This document shows, one piece after another, positions 52,201 through 61,858 of a DNA stretch of 64,000 nt. Position 1 is the first letter of the stretch; every line of letters starts with the position of its first letter. Source of the DNA: a phage. The stretch lies in the NCBI GenBank assembly GCA_026165385.1, contig GCA_026165385.1_4524.1. One strand, written 5' to 3'. The notes under the pieces are model-generated. The model did no database searches. It saw nothing but the letters and a program-made list of their open reading frames with translations, and was not told the origin of the DNA. The position numbers were made by a program, and so were the translations under genes.

Positions 52201-53112
52201 GCTACAGATGGTGCCCGTGATACAGTATTTGAAGCGGGTGACGAAACCGGATACCATTTCTATTCTCAGCGCGCTGCTGATAATAGAGTATCATTTAATA
52301 TTAATGGAACACTTTATTCAACAGGTATTGTTTCTACAAATGGATTAAATGTTACAGGTGTTTCTACCTTTACAGGGCCTATTAGTGCTACAGGCGAAAT
52401 TGTTTCTAGTTCTCCTATTGCATTCAGAGCTATTAACGGTAACTATGGTGTTATGCTTTATAATGCTGGTAACAGTTCTTATATTGCATTAACTAACTCA
52501 GGTGACCAGACCGGGACGTTTAATAACTTACGCCCGATCACGATTAACAATGCCACGGGATTAGTTCGTCTTGACAACGGTGTTCAAATCACAAGTGGTG
52601 CAACGATAACTACCGGTGGGTTAACTGTAAATAACAGGATTATTTCTAACGGCGTTAAAACTGCCACGGTTTATACAGATAAACCAACAGCTTCTACTGT
52701 AGGTTTTTGGTCTATTGACATTAACGATTCTGCTGTATATAGCCAATTCCCTGGATACTGGACGCGTGATAACAAAGGTAACCGTGACCAAGAAATTAAA
52801 TATCCTGGTACTTTGACTCAATTTGGTAATAGCTTAGATTCGCTTTATCAGGATTGGATTTGTTATCCTACAGGTGCAAATGGCGGTAGTATTCGTTATA
52901 CTCGTACCTGGCAGAAAAATAAAGATGCTTGGACTTCATTTGCAATGGTATTTGATAGTGGCAACCCACCTTCACCTAGCGATGTCGGTGCTATCCCATC
53001 TGATAATGCTGTTATTGGAAACCTTACTGTTCGAGACTTCTTACAATTAGGAAATGTGAGAATTGTTCCAGACCCGGTTAACAAAACAGTTAAATTTATA
53101 TGGGTTGAATAA
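49279..53112 (+). CDS. 34: Long tail fibre proximal subunit gp34
   Basis: 1277 aa; matches T4 gp34 (1289 aa) from start through the C-terminal ...VPDPVNKTVKFxWVE. Confidence 0.97.
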   Translation: MVDIKRKFRAEDGLDAGGDKIVNVALADRTVGTDGVNVDFLVQENTVQNYDDTRAYTKDFIVLYDNRFYQALSDIPAPAGPFSLAKWKATRTDAEWITVQGGDFQLSVGNSIAVDTSAGTDINFTLPQNPLDGDTVILSDIGGRVGYVKVQITAEAQSIVNFRGQQVRSVLMTHPKSKMVFIFSNRLWQMYVSDYERNAVTVTPATPYQAQPNDFIIRRFTSAAPINITLPRNANNGDIINLVDLDKLNPLYHTIVKTYDETTSIREAGVHVAEGRNTAEAFFVYDSANSLWRVWEGDQKSRLRIVRNDTDLRPNEEVLVFGTNNDTISTVNLTLPTDILSGDTVKISLNYMRKGQTVKIKAAEGDTIASSISLLQFPKRSEYPPDAQWVSVSELEFNGDTSYVPVLELAYIEDYSSETKYWVVQQNTVTVERVDASSNTTRARLGVIALASQAQANVDLENAPGKELAITPETLANRTATETRRGIARIATTAQVNQNTDFAFQDDLIISPKKLNERTATETRRGVAEVATQAETNAGTDDTTIITPKKLDARQGSEVLSGIVKYTSTTGTTAATIRGNAGTNVYNKAVDNLTISPKALDQYKATPTQQGAVILAIESEVIAGESQAGWANAVVTPETLHKKTSTDGRIGLIEIATQAETNTGTDYTRAVTPKTLNDRKATEGLSGIAEIATQVEFDTGTDDTRISSPLKIKTHFDSSDRTSVNSDSGLIEEGTLWNHYTLDISKANETQRGTLRVATQAESNAGTLDDVLITPKKLLGTKSTETSEGVIKVATQAETVTGTSANTAVSPKNLKWIVQSEPSWTATTAIRGFVKTSSGSITFVGDDTQGNTQDLNLYEKNSYAVSPYELNRVLANYLPLKAKAADSNLLDGLDSLQFIRRDIDQTVNGSLSLTKQTNLSAPLVSTSTASFGSEASVTRRLTLNDSSGSEIVFTKGTQSLSNKENFVVRAWGNSATDGARDTVFEAGDETGYHFYSQRAADNRVSFNINGTLYSTGIVSTNGLNVTGVSTFTGPISATGEIVSSSPIAFRAINGNYGVMLYNAGNSSYIALTNSGDQTGTFNNLRPITINNATGLVRLDNGVQITSGATITTGGLTVNNRIISNGVKTATVYTDKPTASTVGFWSIDINDSAVYSQFPGYWTRDNKGNRDQEIKYPGTLTQFGNSLDSLYQDWICYPTGANGGSIRYTRTWQKNKDAWTSFAMVFDSGNPPSPSDVGAIPSDNAVIGNLTVRDFLQLGNVRIVPDPVNKTVKFIWVE

Positions 53113-53120
53113 GAGGTTAT

Positions 53121-54245
53121 ATGGAAAAATTTATGGCAAGGTTTGGACAGGGATACGTCCAAACGCCGTTTTTATCGGAAAGCAATTCAGTTAGATTTAA
53201 GCTAAGTATAGCGGGTTCATGCCCGCTTTCAACAACTAATCCGTATATTTTGTTCCAAAACGAGCCTTTAGGGTTGCAGTCTTTTGGTATTGGACTAAAT
53301 GTTAGGGTGATAAATCCGGAAAATGGAACTATAGTTGATAGTAAATTATACAATTTTGCGCCTACAAATAATGCAACTTCAGCTGCATTTATTTCGTTTG
53401 TTAATACATACGCGGATAATTTCATTTTCGCATTTATTTCTAATAACAAATTTAATTTGCCACCGGAAATAATTGAATGGTTTAAAGCTGCTGGGAGTTC
53501 AGTTATACCGTCAATTGAAGTTGCTAGTCTTGTTGATATTTCATATTCAGCGTTTTATGTTTCAGGTAAAAATACTATTGCATTAGAACACATAAAATAC
53601 AGTAATAAGAAAACAATTTCTGATTACGCAACTCCATTAGATATTGTATATGACTCTATTGCTGATATAGGTGCTACCGGCTATCCTAGACGTACATATG
53701 AAGCTCTAGAAACGTTTTTATCTCCTGTTGGAGGAACTAACAATGAAATAAAAAGGATGCCTACGTCATCCCTTGTTACTCCTATCGCAAACTATGGATT
53801 AAAGCCTACAGATTTTCTTTATTTGAAATTTCAATTAACGGCTGATGAAGAATTATTAGAGGAAGGAACCACAAGACTTTCAATTCGTTTCTTTAAGTCT
53901 CCATCTAGCTCTCCTATATCATCTAAAGATATAAACTTTGATGGAATTGCCGGGGAGTGGAAGCTATATGAAGAATACGTTGAAATACCAGCTGAAGCTG
54001 ACGGCTTTACAGTATATTGTTACCGTACGGCCTCAGTCGGTCAAGGTGGACTAAGAAATGTTATTTTCACTGAAGTATCATGTAACGGAAGTATAGCAAA
54101 ACCCGCTGAGTTTGGTATAAACGGTATTCGTGTTAATTACATTGATGAATCATTAACCGGTAATGATATAATGGACTTGCCTACTCAGTTATCTAACGAC
54201 ACAGGTAAGGTATTTGGGCAGGAATTTAAAGAGTACACAGAATAA
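53121..54245 (+). CDS. 35: Long tail fibre hinge connector gp35
   Basis: 374 aa (T4 372 aa); position between 34 and 36. Confidence 0.9.
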   Translation: MEKFMARFGQGYVQTPFLSESNSVRFKLSIAGSCPLSTTNPYILFQNEPLGLQSFGIGLNVRVINPENGTIVDSKLYNFAPTNNATSAAFISFVNTYADNFIFAFISNNKFNLPPEIIEWFKAAGSSVIPSIEVASLVDISYSAFYVSGKNTIALEHIKYSNKKTISDYATPLDIVYDSIADIGATGYPRRTYEALETFLSPVGGTNNEIKRMPTSSLVTPIANYGLKPTDFLYLKFQLTADEELLEEGTTRLSIRFFKSPSSSPISSKDINFDGIAGEWKLYEEYVEIPAEADGFTVYCYRTASVGQGGLRNVIFTEVSCNGSIAKPAEFGINGIRVNYIDESLTGNDIMDLPTQLSNDTGKVFGQEFKEYTE

Positions 54246-54246
54246 A

Positions 54247-54262
54247 GGAGACTTCGGTCTCC
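54247..54262 (+). terminator. UUCG-tetraloop terminator downstream of gene 35
   Basis: AGGAGAC-TTCG-GTCTCC followed by TTTT. Confidence 0.7.
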
Positions 54263-54270
54263 TTTTCGCG

Positions 54271-54278
54271 TATAAATA
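54271..54278 (+). promoter_or_regulatory. Late promoter TATAAATA for gene 36
   Basis: Exact TATAAATA about 27 nt upstream of the gene 36 ATG, just after the gene 35 terminator hairpin. Confidence 0.7.
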
Positions 54279-54304
54279 CTTTAATATTAATAAGGAGACA
54301 CGAA

Positions 54305-54961
54305 ATGGCCGATTTAAAAGCCGGAAGTACAGTTGGTGGTTCCGTCATATGGCATCAAGGCAATTTTCCTTTAATGCCAGCTGGCGACGACATCCTATAT
54401 AAAACATTTAAATTATACACCGAATATAACAAGCCAAAAGCGGCTGATAACGATTTCGTATCTAAAGCAAATGGTGGGACATATCTCAAAAAGGTAATCT
54501 TTAACGAAGGTATTGCAGTCAAAACAGCAGATGACCAAACGAATGGCATTTTTTCTGGCGGTGGTGACGCCGCGACATTCGACCAAACAAACATGGATAT
54601 TGTTTCGTGGTATGGTATTGGGTTTAAATCATCTCAAGGTACAGGTGAAAGAACTGTTGTAATTGATACTCGCACCGGTAATATAAGTTCTAAAGGCGTT
54701 ATTGAAGCATCTCAATTCAGAGCCACAACGTTAGCACCTTTAAATAATTATGACCTTACTCGCAAAGATTATGTTGATAGTCAAATAAATACAGTTAATG
54801 CTAATGCAAACAGTCGTGTACTCCGTTCAGGAGATACGATGACCGGCGCGCTAACCGCCCCAAACTTTTTCTCACAGAATCCTGCATCTCAACCCTCGCA
54901 TGTTCCACGATTTGACCAAATTGTTATTAAGGATTCTGTTCAAGATTTCGGCTATTATTAA
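54305..54961 (+). CDS. 36: Long tail fibre distal connector gp36
   Basis: 218 aa; matches T4 gp36 at both N- and C-termini (MADLKxGST...SVQDFGYY). Confidence 0.95.
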   Translation: MADLKAGSTVGGSVIWHQGNFPLMPAGDDILYKTFKLYTEYNKPKAADNDFVSKANGGTYLKKVIFNEGIAVKTADDQTNGIFSGGGDAATFDQTNMDIVSWYGIGFKSSQGTGERTVVIDTRTGNISSKGVIEASQFRATTLAPLNNYDLTRKDYVDSQINTVNANANSRVLRSGDTMTGALTAPNFFSQNPASQPSHVPRFDQIVIKDSVQDFGYY

Positions 54962-54969
54962 GAGGACTT

Positions 54970-57900
54970 ATGGCTACTTTAAAACAAATACAATTTAAAA
55001 GAAGCAAAACTGCAGGAGCACGTCCTGCCGCTTCAGTATTAGCCGAAGGTGAATTGGCTATAAACTTAAAAGACCGTGTACTTTTTACTAAAGATGACCA
55101 AGGAAATATTATTGATCTGGGTTTTGCTAAAGGCGGTAGTATTGACGGGAATGTTATTCATACAGGTAATTATAACCAAACCGGCGATTATACTTTAAAT
55201 GGCACCTTCACTCAGACAGGTAATTTTAATTTAACTGGTATTGCTCGAGTAACTCGTGATATTATTGCCGCTGGGCAGATTATGACTGAAGGCGGTGAAC
55301 TTATTACAAAAAGTTCAGGTACAGCACATGTTCGTTTTTTCGATGGCAATAGCCGCGAACGTGGAATCATTTATGCCCCGGCTAATGATGGATTAACTAC
55401 ACAAGTACTTAATATCAGGGTTCAAGACTACGCCGCTGGTAGCGAAAGCACTTATGCATTTTCAGGCAATGGACAATTTACTTCACCTGAAGTATCGGCA
55501 TGGAAATCTATGTCAACTCCTCAGATTTTGACTGACAAAGTCATTACAGACGGGAAGAAGGCTGGTGATTATGACATCTATTCATTAGCAAATAATAATT
55601 CTAACACAGATAAAAATAATTTACGTGTCGTACGTACCGACCCGGCGGCCGCAATGCTCCATGAAATTTGTGAAAACAACGGCATCAGTTGGTATTCTGG
55701 TTCAACCCCTACTGATTATATGTTATCTTTTGCTTATTCCGGCGGTTTTCAAGCAGGCCATTCGATTGCAGTAGGTATGGAATCAGGGCCTATGACATAT
55801 TCAACCTTAGGTAAAGGTTCTATTGTTCTTGGGGATAATGATACTGGATTTAAATGGCATCAAGACGGATATTATTTCAGTGTTAATAATGGAACAAAAA
55901 CGTTTTTATTTGGTCCTAGCGAAACAACTAGCCTAAGAAAATTTGTAGCCGGATATTCTACTAATGGAACCGATTTAACTACTCCTCCAACTGAAAACTA
56001 TGCTCTTGCTACTGTTGTGACATATCACGATAATAACGCGTTTGGAGATGGTCAGACTCTTTTGGGATATTATCAAGGCGGTAATTATCATCACTATTTC
56101 CGTGGTAAGGGTACCACAAACATTAATACTCACGGCGGTTTGTTGGTTACTCCTGGTAATATTGATGTTATCGGCGGTTCTGTTAATATAGATGGTAGAA
56201 ATAATTCTTCTACACTAATGTTTAGAGGCAACACAACAGGATACAGCTCGGTTGATAATATGGATATTAAAGTTTGGGGTAATACGTTTGTTGATCCAAG
56301 CGGAGGTATCCGTAAAAACATTATGGAAATTTCTGATGCAACTAGCTGGATGAGCTATATTCAAAGACTTACTACTGGCGAAGTAGAAATGAACGTTAAT
56401 GGTTCATTTGAATCATCTGGTGTTACTGCTGGAGATAGAGGAGTTCACACAACAGGTGAAATTTCATCTGGAGCAGTGAATGCTCTTCGTATTTGGAACG
56501 CAGATTATGGAGCCATTTTTAGGCGTTCAGAAGGTAGTCTTCATATTATTCCTACTGCTTATGGCGAAGGCAAAGATGGCGATATTGGTCCACTTCGCCC
56601 GTTTAGTATGGCTTTAGATACTGGTAAAGTTACTATTCCAGATTTACAATCAAGTTACAATACGTTCGCAGCAAACGGCTATATTAAATTTGTTGGTCAT
56701 GGCGCTGGCGCAGGTGGATATGATATTCAATATGCCCAAGCGGCTCCTATTTTCCAGGAAATTGATGATGATGCTGTAAGCAAATATTATCCTATTGTTA
56801 AACAGAAGTTTTTAAATGGTAAAGCCGTTTGGTCTTTAGGTACTGAAATTAATTCAGGTACATTTGTTTTACACCATATCAAAGAAGATGGATCACAAGG
56901 ACATACATCTCGTTTTAATCAAGACGGCACGGTTAATTTCCCTGATAATGTTCAGGTTGGTGGTGGTGAAGCTACTATTGCTCGCAACGGTAACATCTGG
57001 TCTGATATCTGGAAATCGTTTACTTCAGCAGGAGACACCACAAATATTCGCGATGCAATAGCCACCCGTGTTTCTAAAGAAGGCGACACGATGACCGGCA
57101 CTCTTTGGATTAATAAAGATGCTGCTGGAATAGTTCTTAATCCTCCTTTGGCCAGTGATTCATCATTTATTCGTTCCGATACGGCCGGGGTCAATAATTG
57201 GTATATTGGTAAAGGCGGTGCCGACAATGGTCTAGGTTTTTACAGTTATGTTACACAAGGCGGTATATATATAACAAATAACGGAGAAATATCACTTTCT
57301 CCTCAAGGCCAAGGAACATTTAATTTTAATAGAGACCGCCTCCATATAAACGGTACACAATGGACCGCACACCAGGGAGGTGGTTGGGGAAATCAATGGA
57401 ATCAAGAAGCACCGGTATTTGTAGATTTTGGTAATGTTGGTAATGATAGTTATTATCCTATTATTAAAGGAAAATCCGGTATTACTAATGAAGGATACAT
57501 ATCTGGTGTAGATTTTGGTATGCGACGCATTACTAATACATGGGCACAAGGTATTATTCGTGTGGGTAATCAGGAAAACGGTTACGACCCACAAGCTGTA
57601 TATGAATTCCATCATAACGGTACTTTTTATGCTCCAAGCTTACTTAAGAGCAGTAGAGTATCAGCTGGTGGTGGTGACCCTGCATGGGGCGGGCCGTGTA
57701 TTGTACTTGGAGATAACGATACCGGTTTGCTTTGGGAAAACGATGGTATTTTCAACGCATATGCAAACGGCCAAGGTGTGTTTAGTTTTAGACCTGGTTT
57801 AGCTCAGACATTCGGTGATGTTAACTTCCACTGTAATGCAGGTATGTATGTTCGTGATAACATTGATGTTAACGACGTTTATATTCGTTCTGATATTCGT

Positions 57901-58209
57901 TGTAAGTCGGAAATTAAGCTTATTAAGAACGCTCAAGAGAAATCTAAACTATTGGGCGGTTATACTTATCTGCTTAAAAACTCTGTTACAGACGAAGTTA
58001 AACCGTCTGCAGGTTTGATTGCTCAGGAAGTTCAAGAAGTATTGCCTGAACTTGTTTCTGAAGATAAAGAGACCGGCTTACTTCGTTTAAACTATAACGG
58101 TATTATCGGTTTAAATACCGCTACTATCAACGAGCATACTGACGAAATCAAGGAATTGAAATCTGAAATTGCTGAATTGAAAGCATTAATTAAATCATTG
58201 ATAAAATAA
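54970..58209 (+). CDS. 37: Long tail fibre distal subunit gp37 with C-terminal intramolecular-chaperone-like domain
   Basis: 1079 aa; N-terminus matches T4 gp37 (MATLKQIQFKRSKTAGARPAASVLAEGELAINLKD); C-terminal ~105 aa has an SDIRCKSE motif and coiled-coil end typical of S74-type chaperone domains. Confidence 0.92.
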   Translation: MATLKQIQFKRSKTAGARPAASVLAEGELAINLKDRVLFTKDDQGNIIDLGFAKGGSIDGNVIHTGNYNQTGDYTLNGTFTQTGNFNLTGIARVTRDIIAAGQIMTEGGELITKSSGTAHVRFFDGNSRERGIIYAPANDGLTTQVLNIRVQDYAAGSESTYAFSGNGQFTSPEVSAWKSMSTPQILTDKVITDGKKAGDYDIYSLANNNSNTDKNNLRVVRTDPAAAMLHEICENNGISWYSGSTPTDYMLSFAYSGGFQAGHSIAVGMESGPMTYSTLGKGSIVLGDNDTGFKWHQDGYYFSVNNGTKTFLFGPSETTSLRKFVAGYSTNGTDLTTPPTENYALATVVTYHDNNAFGDGQTLLGYYQGGNYHHYFRGKGTTNINTHGGLLVTPGNIDVIGGSVNIDGRNNSSTLMFRGNTTGYSSVDNMDIKVWGNTFVDPSGGIRKNIMEISDATSWMSYIQRLTTGEVEMNVNGSFESSGVTAGDRGVHTTGEISSGAVNALRIWNADYGAIFRRSEGSLHIIPTAYGEGKDGDIGPLRPFSMALDTGKVTIPDLQSSYNTFAANGYIKFVGHGAGAGGYDIQYAQAAPIFQEIDDDAVSKYYPIVKQKFLNGKAVWSLGTEINSGTFVLHHIKEDGSQGHTSRFNQDGTVNFPDNVQVGGGEATIARNGNIWSDIWKSFTSAGDTTNIRDAIATRVSKEGDTMTGTLWINKDAAGIVLNPPLASDSSFIRSDTAGVNNWYIGKGGADNGLGFYSYVTQGGIYITNNGEISLSPQGQGTFNFNRDRLHINGTQWTAHQGGGWGNQWNQEAPVFVDFGNVGNDSYYPIIKGKSGITNEGYISGVDFGMRRITNTWAQGIIRVGNQENGYDPQAVYEFHHNGTFYAPSLLKSSRVSAGGGDPAWGGPCIVLGDNDTGLLWENDGIFNAYANGQGVFSFRPGLAQTFGDVNFHCNAGMYVRDNIDVNDVYIRSDIRCKSEIKLIKNAQEKSKLLGGYTYLLKNSVTDEVKPSAGLIAQEVQEVLPELVSEDKETGLLRLNYNGIIGLNTATINEHTDEIKELKSEIAELKALIKSLIK

Positions 58210-58214
58210 TAAAA

Positions 58215-58228
58215 GGGCCTTCGGGCCC
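58215..58228 (+). terminator. UUCG-tetraloop hairpin between genes 37 and 38
   Basis: GGGCC-TTCG-GGCCC right after the gene 37 stop and before the gene 38 Shine-Dalgarno; no U-tract. Confidence 0.5.
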
Positions 58229-58239
58229 TGGAGGTTTAT

Positions 58240-59019
58240 ATGGCAGTAGTAGGAATCCCTGGTTGGATTGGGACCTCAGCCGTTGCTGAAACAGGTCAAA
58301 GATGGATGACGGCTGCTTCAAGGGAACTTCGTTTAGGAAACCCTTCATGGATGTCCCAATTCGCGGGCCGTTCAAGAGAAATAATTCATACACTTGGTGC
58401 AGACCATAACTTTAACGGACAATGGTTCCGTGACCGTTGCTTTGAAGCTGGCGGCGCTCCTATAGTGTTTAATATCACCGGAAATTTGGTATCATATAGT
58501 AAAGATGTTCCATTATTCTTTATGTATGGCGATACGCCAAATGAATATGTTACTTTGAATATTCATGGTGGGGTTCATATGTGGGGACGAGGTGGTAACG
58601 GTACTGTAAACGGAAACCCAGGCACAAATGGCGGTGATGTAATCCAAAATGATATCGGCGGAAGACTTCGTATTTGGAACTATGGCGTTATTGCATCAGG
58701 CGGTGGTGGTGGTGGTGCAGTGTCATTACAGAATAGCTGGGCGCCAAATGCTACAGCAGGTGGCGGTGGCGGCAGACCATTTGGCCTCGGCGGAGGCGGC
58801 GTTAATTGGCCGGGTGGTAATGCTAGTTATGACGCCCCGGGAGGCGCCGGTTACACTTCCCAATTCGGCGGTGGTAATGGTGGTGATGCTGGAGGTCGGG
58901 GCGGAGATGGATGGGGTAATCACTTATCTAGATCCGGCGGTGGTGCTCCTGGCAGAGCAGTATTCGGAAGTTCACCGTCATGGGGTGCTACAGGCACAAT
59001 CTACGGCTCCTGGATTTAA
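58240..59019 (+). CDS. 38: Tail fibre adhesin gp38 (T2-type, glycine-rich motifs)
   Basis: 259 aa; several poly-glycine motifs ([39 protein letters not shown]) separated by short variable segments. Confidence 0.85.
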   Translation: MAVVGIPGWIGTSAVAETGQRWMTAASRELRLGNPSWMSQFAGRSREIIHTLGADHNFNGQWFRDRCFEAGGAPIVFNITGNLVSYSKDVPLFFMYGDTPNEYVTLNIHGGVHMWGRGGNGTVNGNPGTNGGDVIQNDIGGRLRIWNYGVIASGGGGGGAVSLQNSWAPNATAGGGGGRPFGLGGGGVNWPGGNASYDAPGGAGYTSQFGGGNGGDAGGRGGDGWGNHLSRSGGGAPGRAVFGSSPSWGATGTIYGSWI

Positions 59020-59037
59020 ACGATAATACCTCTCAAT

Positions 59038-59045
59038 TATAAATA
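59038..59045 (+). promoter_or_regulatory. Late promoter TATAAATA for holin gene t
   Basis: Exact TATAAATA about 20 nt upstream of the t ATG at 59065. Confidence 0.65.
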
Positions 59046-59064
59046 TTGATAAATGGGAGGTAAT

Positions 59065-59724
59065 ATGGCAGCACCAAAAGTATCATTTTCGCCTAGTGAT
59101 ATTTTATTTGGGTTGCTAGACCGCATTTTCAAAGATAACGCCTCTGGAAATATTCTTATTTCAAGAGTTGCTGTTGTAGTTCTTTTGTTCCTAATGGCAC
59201 TAATATGGTACAAAGGGAATATTTTTATGGATTATTACGTGAGGTCGAAATATGATACTTACACAGAAGTAATTCAAAAAGAAAGAAATACACGATTTGA
59301 ATCTGCGGCTTTAGAACAACTACAAATAGTCCACGTCACATCAAGGGCGGATTTTAGTTCGGTGTATTCTTTCAGACCTAAAAATCTAAATTATTTCGTC
59401 GACCTTATTGCGTATGAAGGTAAGTTACCTAGCACAGTAACTGAAAAATCTATGGGAGGATTTCCTGTTGATAAAACGACAGCAGAATATTCGGTCCATT
59501 TAAGTGGACTTCACTTTACTTCTAAAACAGATTTTGCTTTCTTACCTACAAAATCAAAAACTCCGGAACTGGCGTATATGTATAGTTGTCCTTACTTCAA
59601 TTTGGATAACATATATGCTGGAACTGTTTCTATGTATTGGTATAAGGGGTCGGATGTGTTAAATGAAGAACGCTTGGCTGCAATATGCAACCAAGCAGCA
59701 AGGATATTAGGGCGGGCTAAATAA
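59065..59724 (+). CDS. t: Holin T
   Basis: Start at MAAPKVSFSPSDILFG with GGGAGG Shine-Dalgarno; matches T4 holin T (218 aa); one N-terminal transmembrane segment. Confidence 0.95.
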   Translation: MAAPKVSFSPSDILFGLLDRIFKDNASGNILISRVAVVVLLFLMALIWYKGNIFMDYYVRSKYDTYTEVIQKERNTRFESAALEQLQIVHVTSRADFSSVYSFRPKNLNYFVDLIAYEGKLPSTVTEKSMGGFPVDKTTAEYSVHLSGLHFTSKTDFAFLPTKSKTPELAYMYSCPYFNLDNIYAGTVSMYWYKGSDVLNEERLAAICNQAARILGRAK

Positions 59725-59997
59725 TTAGTTGTTAGAATACATCGTCAAATGGCGATAAATATTTTCAAAACCTTCATTGAATTCACTAATCAGTGTTTTC
59801 TTTTCTTCGGCAGTTAAATTTGTAATTAGTTTTCTGAACGAATTCTGATTTAGCTGCCGACCATCTTTTTTAATTCCAATCTCATTCAAGAATCCGATGA
59901 AATTTGCTCGGTCTTCAACAATATCTTCCCTCGAGAATTTAATCAAAATAGAAGCAACCGTAATAATTTCACGTACAATTTCAATATCTTTATTCAT
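59725..59997 (-). CDS. asiA: Anti-sigma-70 protein AsiA
   Basis: 90 aa; matches T4 AsiA (MNKxIxxVREIITVASILIKFSREDIVE...). Confidence 0.95.
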   Translation of the reverse strand: MNKDIEIVREIITVASILIKFSREDIVEDRANFIGFLNEIGIKKDGRQLNQNSFRKLITNLTAEEKKTLISEFNEGFENIYRHLTMYSNN

Positions 59998-60043
59998 AAC
60001 GTTTTATTCATTCCATTTGGTTGATATGAGTATAGTACCATTA

Positions 60044-60259
60044 TCAGTGTTGATTGTAAACAGCTTTTTCTACACTTTTAACGTAATCAGTGTAGTCTTC
60101 CTGTTCATACGAGTGTAAGGCCAAGAACGTGGCTAATAGTTCATTATAGACTAAAGCCTCACGCTCACGTTCTGCCTCTACTACGTTCTGTAGATTATGG
60201 CTCATATCATTCCTTATAACTATCAATGTAGTCCTGTATGTCAAAGAATGACATTTCAT
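60044..60259 (-). CDS. Hypothetical protein
   Basis: 71 aa ORF; the true start may be internal (MSHNLQ). Confidence 0.4.
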   Translation of the reverse strand: MKCHSLTYRTTLIVIRNDMSHNLQNVVEAEREREALVYNELLATFLALHSYEQEDYTDYVKSVEKAVYNQH

Positions 60260-60494
60260 ATTCTAGGACATTAAGAGCCCGTTCTTCAGTATAGTCAGAA
60301 CCAAATACGATAGTGATTTCACCAGGCTTCATGTGATTGAAATCGACACTAAAAGGAATACGAGAACATACTTCGTCTGCCATATCTACAACAACACTAC
60401 GATACACTTCTCGGTTAACCTGATAAAGCTCTGCAAGTTCTTCACATCGAATAACAAGTTCAGTGGCAGGATTTTCTTTGATTTTAGTAAGCAT
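60207..60494 (-). CDS. Small acidic protein, possible Arn (anti-restriction nuclease) homologue
   Basis: 95 aa, acidic; position near asiA like T4 arn (92 aa). Sequence identity was not verified. Confidence 0.35.
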   Translation of the reverse strand: MLTKIKENPATELVIRCEELAELYQVNREVYRSVVVDMADEVCSRIPFSVDFNHMKPGEITIVFGSDYTEERALNVLEYEMSFFDIQDYIDSYKE

Positions 60495-60568
60495 AGTCTT
60501 TACCCTTATGTTTTTGTTTGCGTTTAGATTGAAGTTCTGATTTCTTCTTATCCTTATGGACAGAAGCC

Positions 60569-60796
60569 TTATTGAAATCGTGTTTTGCTACAAGATTGTT
60601 CATAATGATTTATAACCTCATTTAAACATTTATCGGTAAAAGAAAACTTTTTAGCCACAGAACATTCGATGATGTGTTCTTTCAAATCTTTAGAGTCAGT
60701 ATAACCCATCTCAGTAATAAAGCGGCGAATTAAAGCTTTATTCTTATCATTAACAGAATTAAAATAATCTGCTTTAGAATCAATTATTCTCATCAT
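60569..60796 (-). CDS. Hypothetical protein
   Basis: 75 aa ORF in the asiA-motA interval. Confidence 0.45.
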   Translation of the reverse strand: MMRIIDSKADYFNSVNDKNKALIRRFITEMGYTDSKDLKEHIIECSVAKKFSFTDKCLNEVINHYEQSCSKTRFQ

Positions 60797-61061
60797 CTAA
60801 TTTCCTTAATTGATATTGCAACGAGCTAATAATTTCTTCGTTCATTTTAATATACATGTCACGCAAGAAAGGTTTTAACCCTTCACGAATAATTGCTAAT
60901 GTATCACCTTTACATAAATTAACCAAATAAGGATGATCTAAAGCATCCCAACCAGGCTGATTAGCATACATACCATAGTTTTCTTCCATCATATGATTAA
61001 GACGTTTGATATGATTAATGTGAGCTTCAATAGCATCAATCTGGAGTTGTTTAAGATTCAT
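60780..61061 (-). CDS. Hypothetical protein
   Basis: 93 aa ORF in the asiA-motA interval. Confidence 0.45.
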   Translation of the reverse strand: MNLKQLQIDAIEAHINHIKRLNHMMEENYGMYANQPGWDALDHPYLVNLCKGDTLAIIREGLKPFLRDMYIKMNEEIISSLQYQLRKLDDENN

Positions 61062-61522
61062 TAGTAAAGGTCCTCAGAGTAAAGTTCTTTTTCATTACCA
61101 CCACGTTCAATACGTACTTGTCCAGCGTAAGTTGCAATAATCATTGCTTCTTCACGTGTCCAATAATTACTATATTGGTCAATAAACCCTTGGTCATCAT
61201 CACAAACTTGTTGAGTAACTAATTGAGGTTTAACTACATCTAAAACTTCTGCCATATCTTTAGAATAATGACGAGCACCTGGAATAATAAGAGTTCGTCC
61301 ATCTTTTAATTTAAACCGGTTGGCTGCGCAGACAATTCGTCGTTGATACTTTTGGTTTTCATCCCAATACAGAGTCTGCCAACAGATTTCAGGAACTTCA
61401 TCTAAAACATTTTGTTCTGTATATTCACCGCCGTAAGAAGCTAATTTAGCAGCCAGACTTTCCGGAGTCTCACGCGACAAAGCTTTATCTAACAGAGCTA
61501 AACGTTCTTTAAAAGTTTTCAT
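61061..61522 (-). CDS. Hypothetical protein
   Basis: 153 aa ORF, stop/start overlaps with neighbours. Confidence 0.5.
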   Translation of the reverse strand: MKTFKERLALLDKALSRETPESLAAKLASYGGEYTEQNVLDEVPEICWQTLYWDENQKYQRRIVCAANRFKLKDGRTLIIPGARHYSKDMAEVLDVVKPQLVTQQVCDDDQGFIDQYSNYWTREEAMIIATYAGQVRIERGGNEKELYSEDLY

Positions 61523-61848
61523 TTAAACCATTCCTTAATACGTTGCCAAATAGATTTTTGTGCTTGTTTATTTACACCAATCGAACGAATAACTGGTTGT
61601 GACTGCTGATATTCTTTATAATCTTCTTTATAGATTTCGTAAGCTGCATCAACAAATGAACTGATCGCTGCCATGTAGTTTTTACGAAGGCCAAATGGCG
61701 CGTCATTATTTTCACGAATAACCGTATATTGGCCTGCTTTAATCTTTACAATTGTCCCTAAATAAGCCCCGTGGTACCAAATATCCCATCCTTCCTGAGT
61801 AGGTTCTGCACATTTACGAAGTTCGTTAATAATATTCAGCTTATTCAT
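61519..61848 (-). CDS. Hypothetical protein (motA.1 position)
   Basis: 109 aa ORF directly downstream of motA. Confidence 0.5.
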   Translation of the reverse strand: MNKLNIINELRKCAEPTQEGWDIWYHGAYLGTIVKIKAGQYTVIRENNDAPFGLRKNYMAAISSFVDAAYEIYKEDYKEYQQSQPVIRSIGVNKQAQKSIWQRIKEWFK

Positions 61849-61858
61849 TATGTATTCC

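Noticed and set aside
58680-58950. Short GGT/GGC-rich repeats that could look like a repeat array
   Set aside because: They encode the poly-glycine motifs of gp38 in frame; no direct-repeat/spacer structure, so not a CRISPR array.
58649-59026. Plus-strand 125 aa ORF and the minus-strand 65 aa ORF (58726..58923) inside gene 38
   Set aside because: Alternative-frame artefacts of the GC-rich glycine-codon repeats of gp38; no independent start context.
60207-60494. Firm identification of Arn
   Set aside because: Only size, acidity and neighbourhood support it, and the ORF order relative to asiA is not exactly as I recall for T4; kept as a low-confidence feature only.
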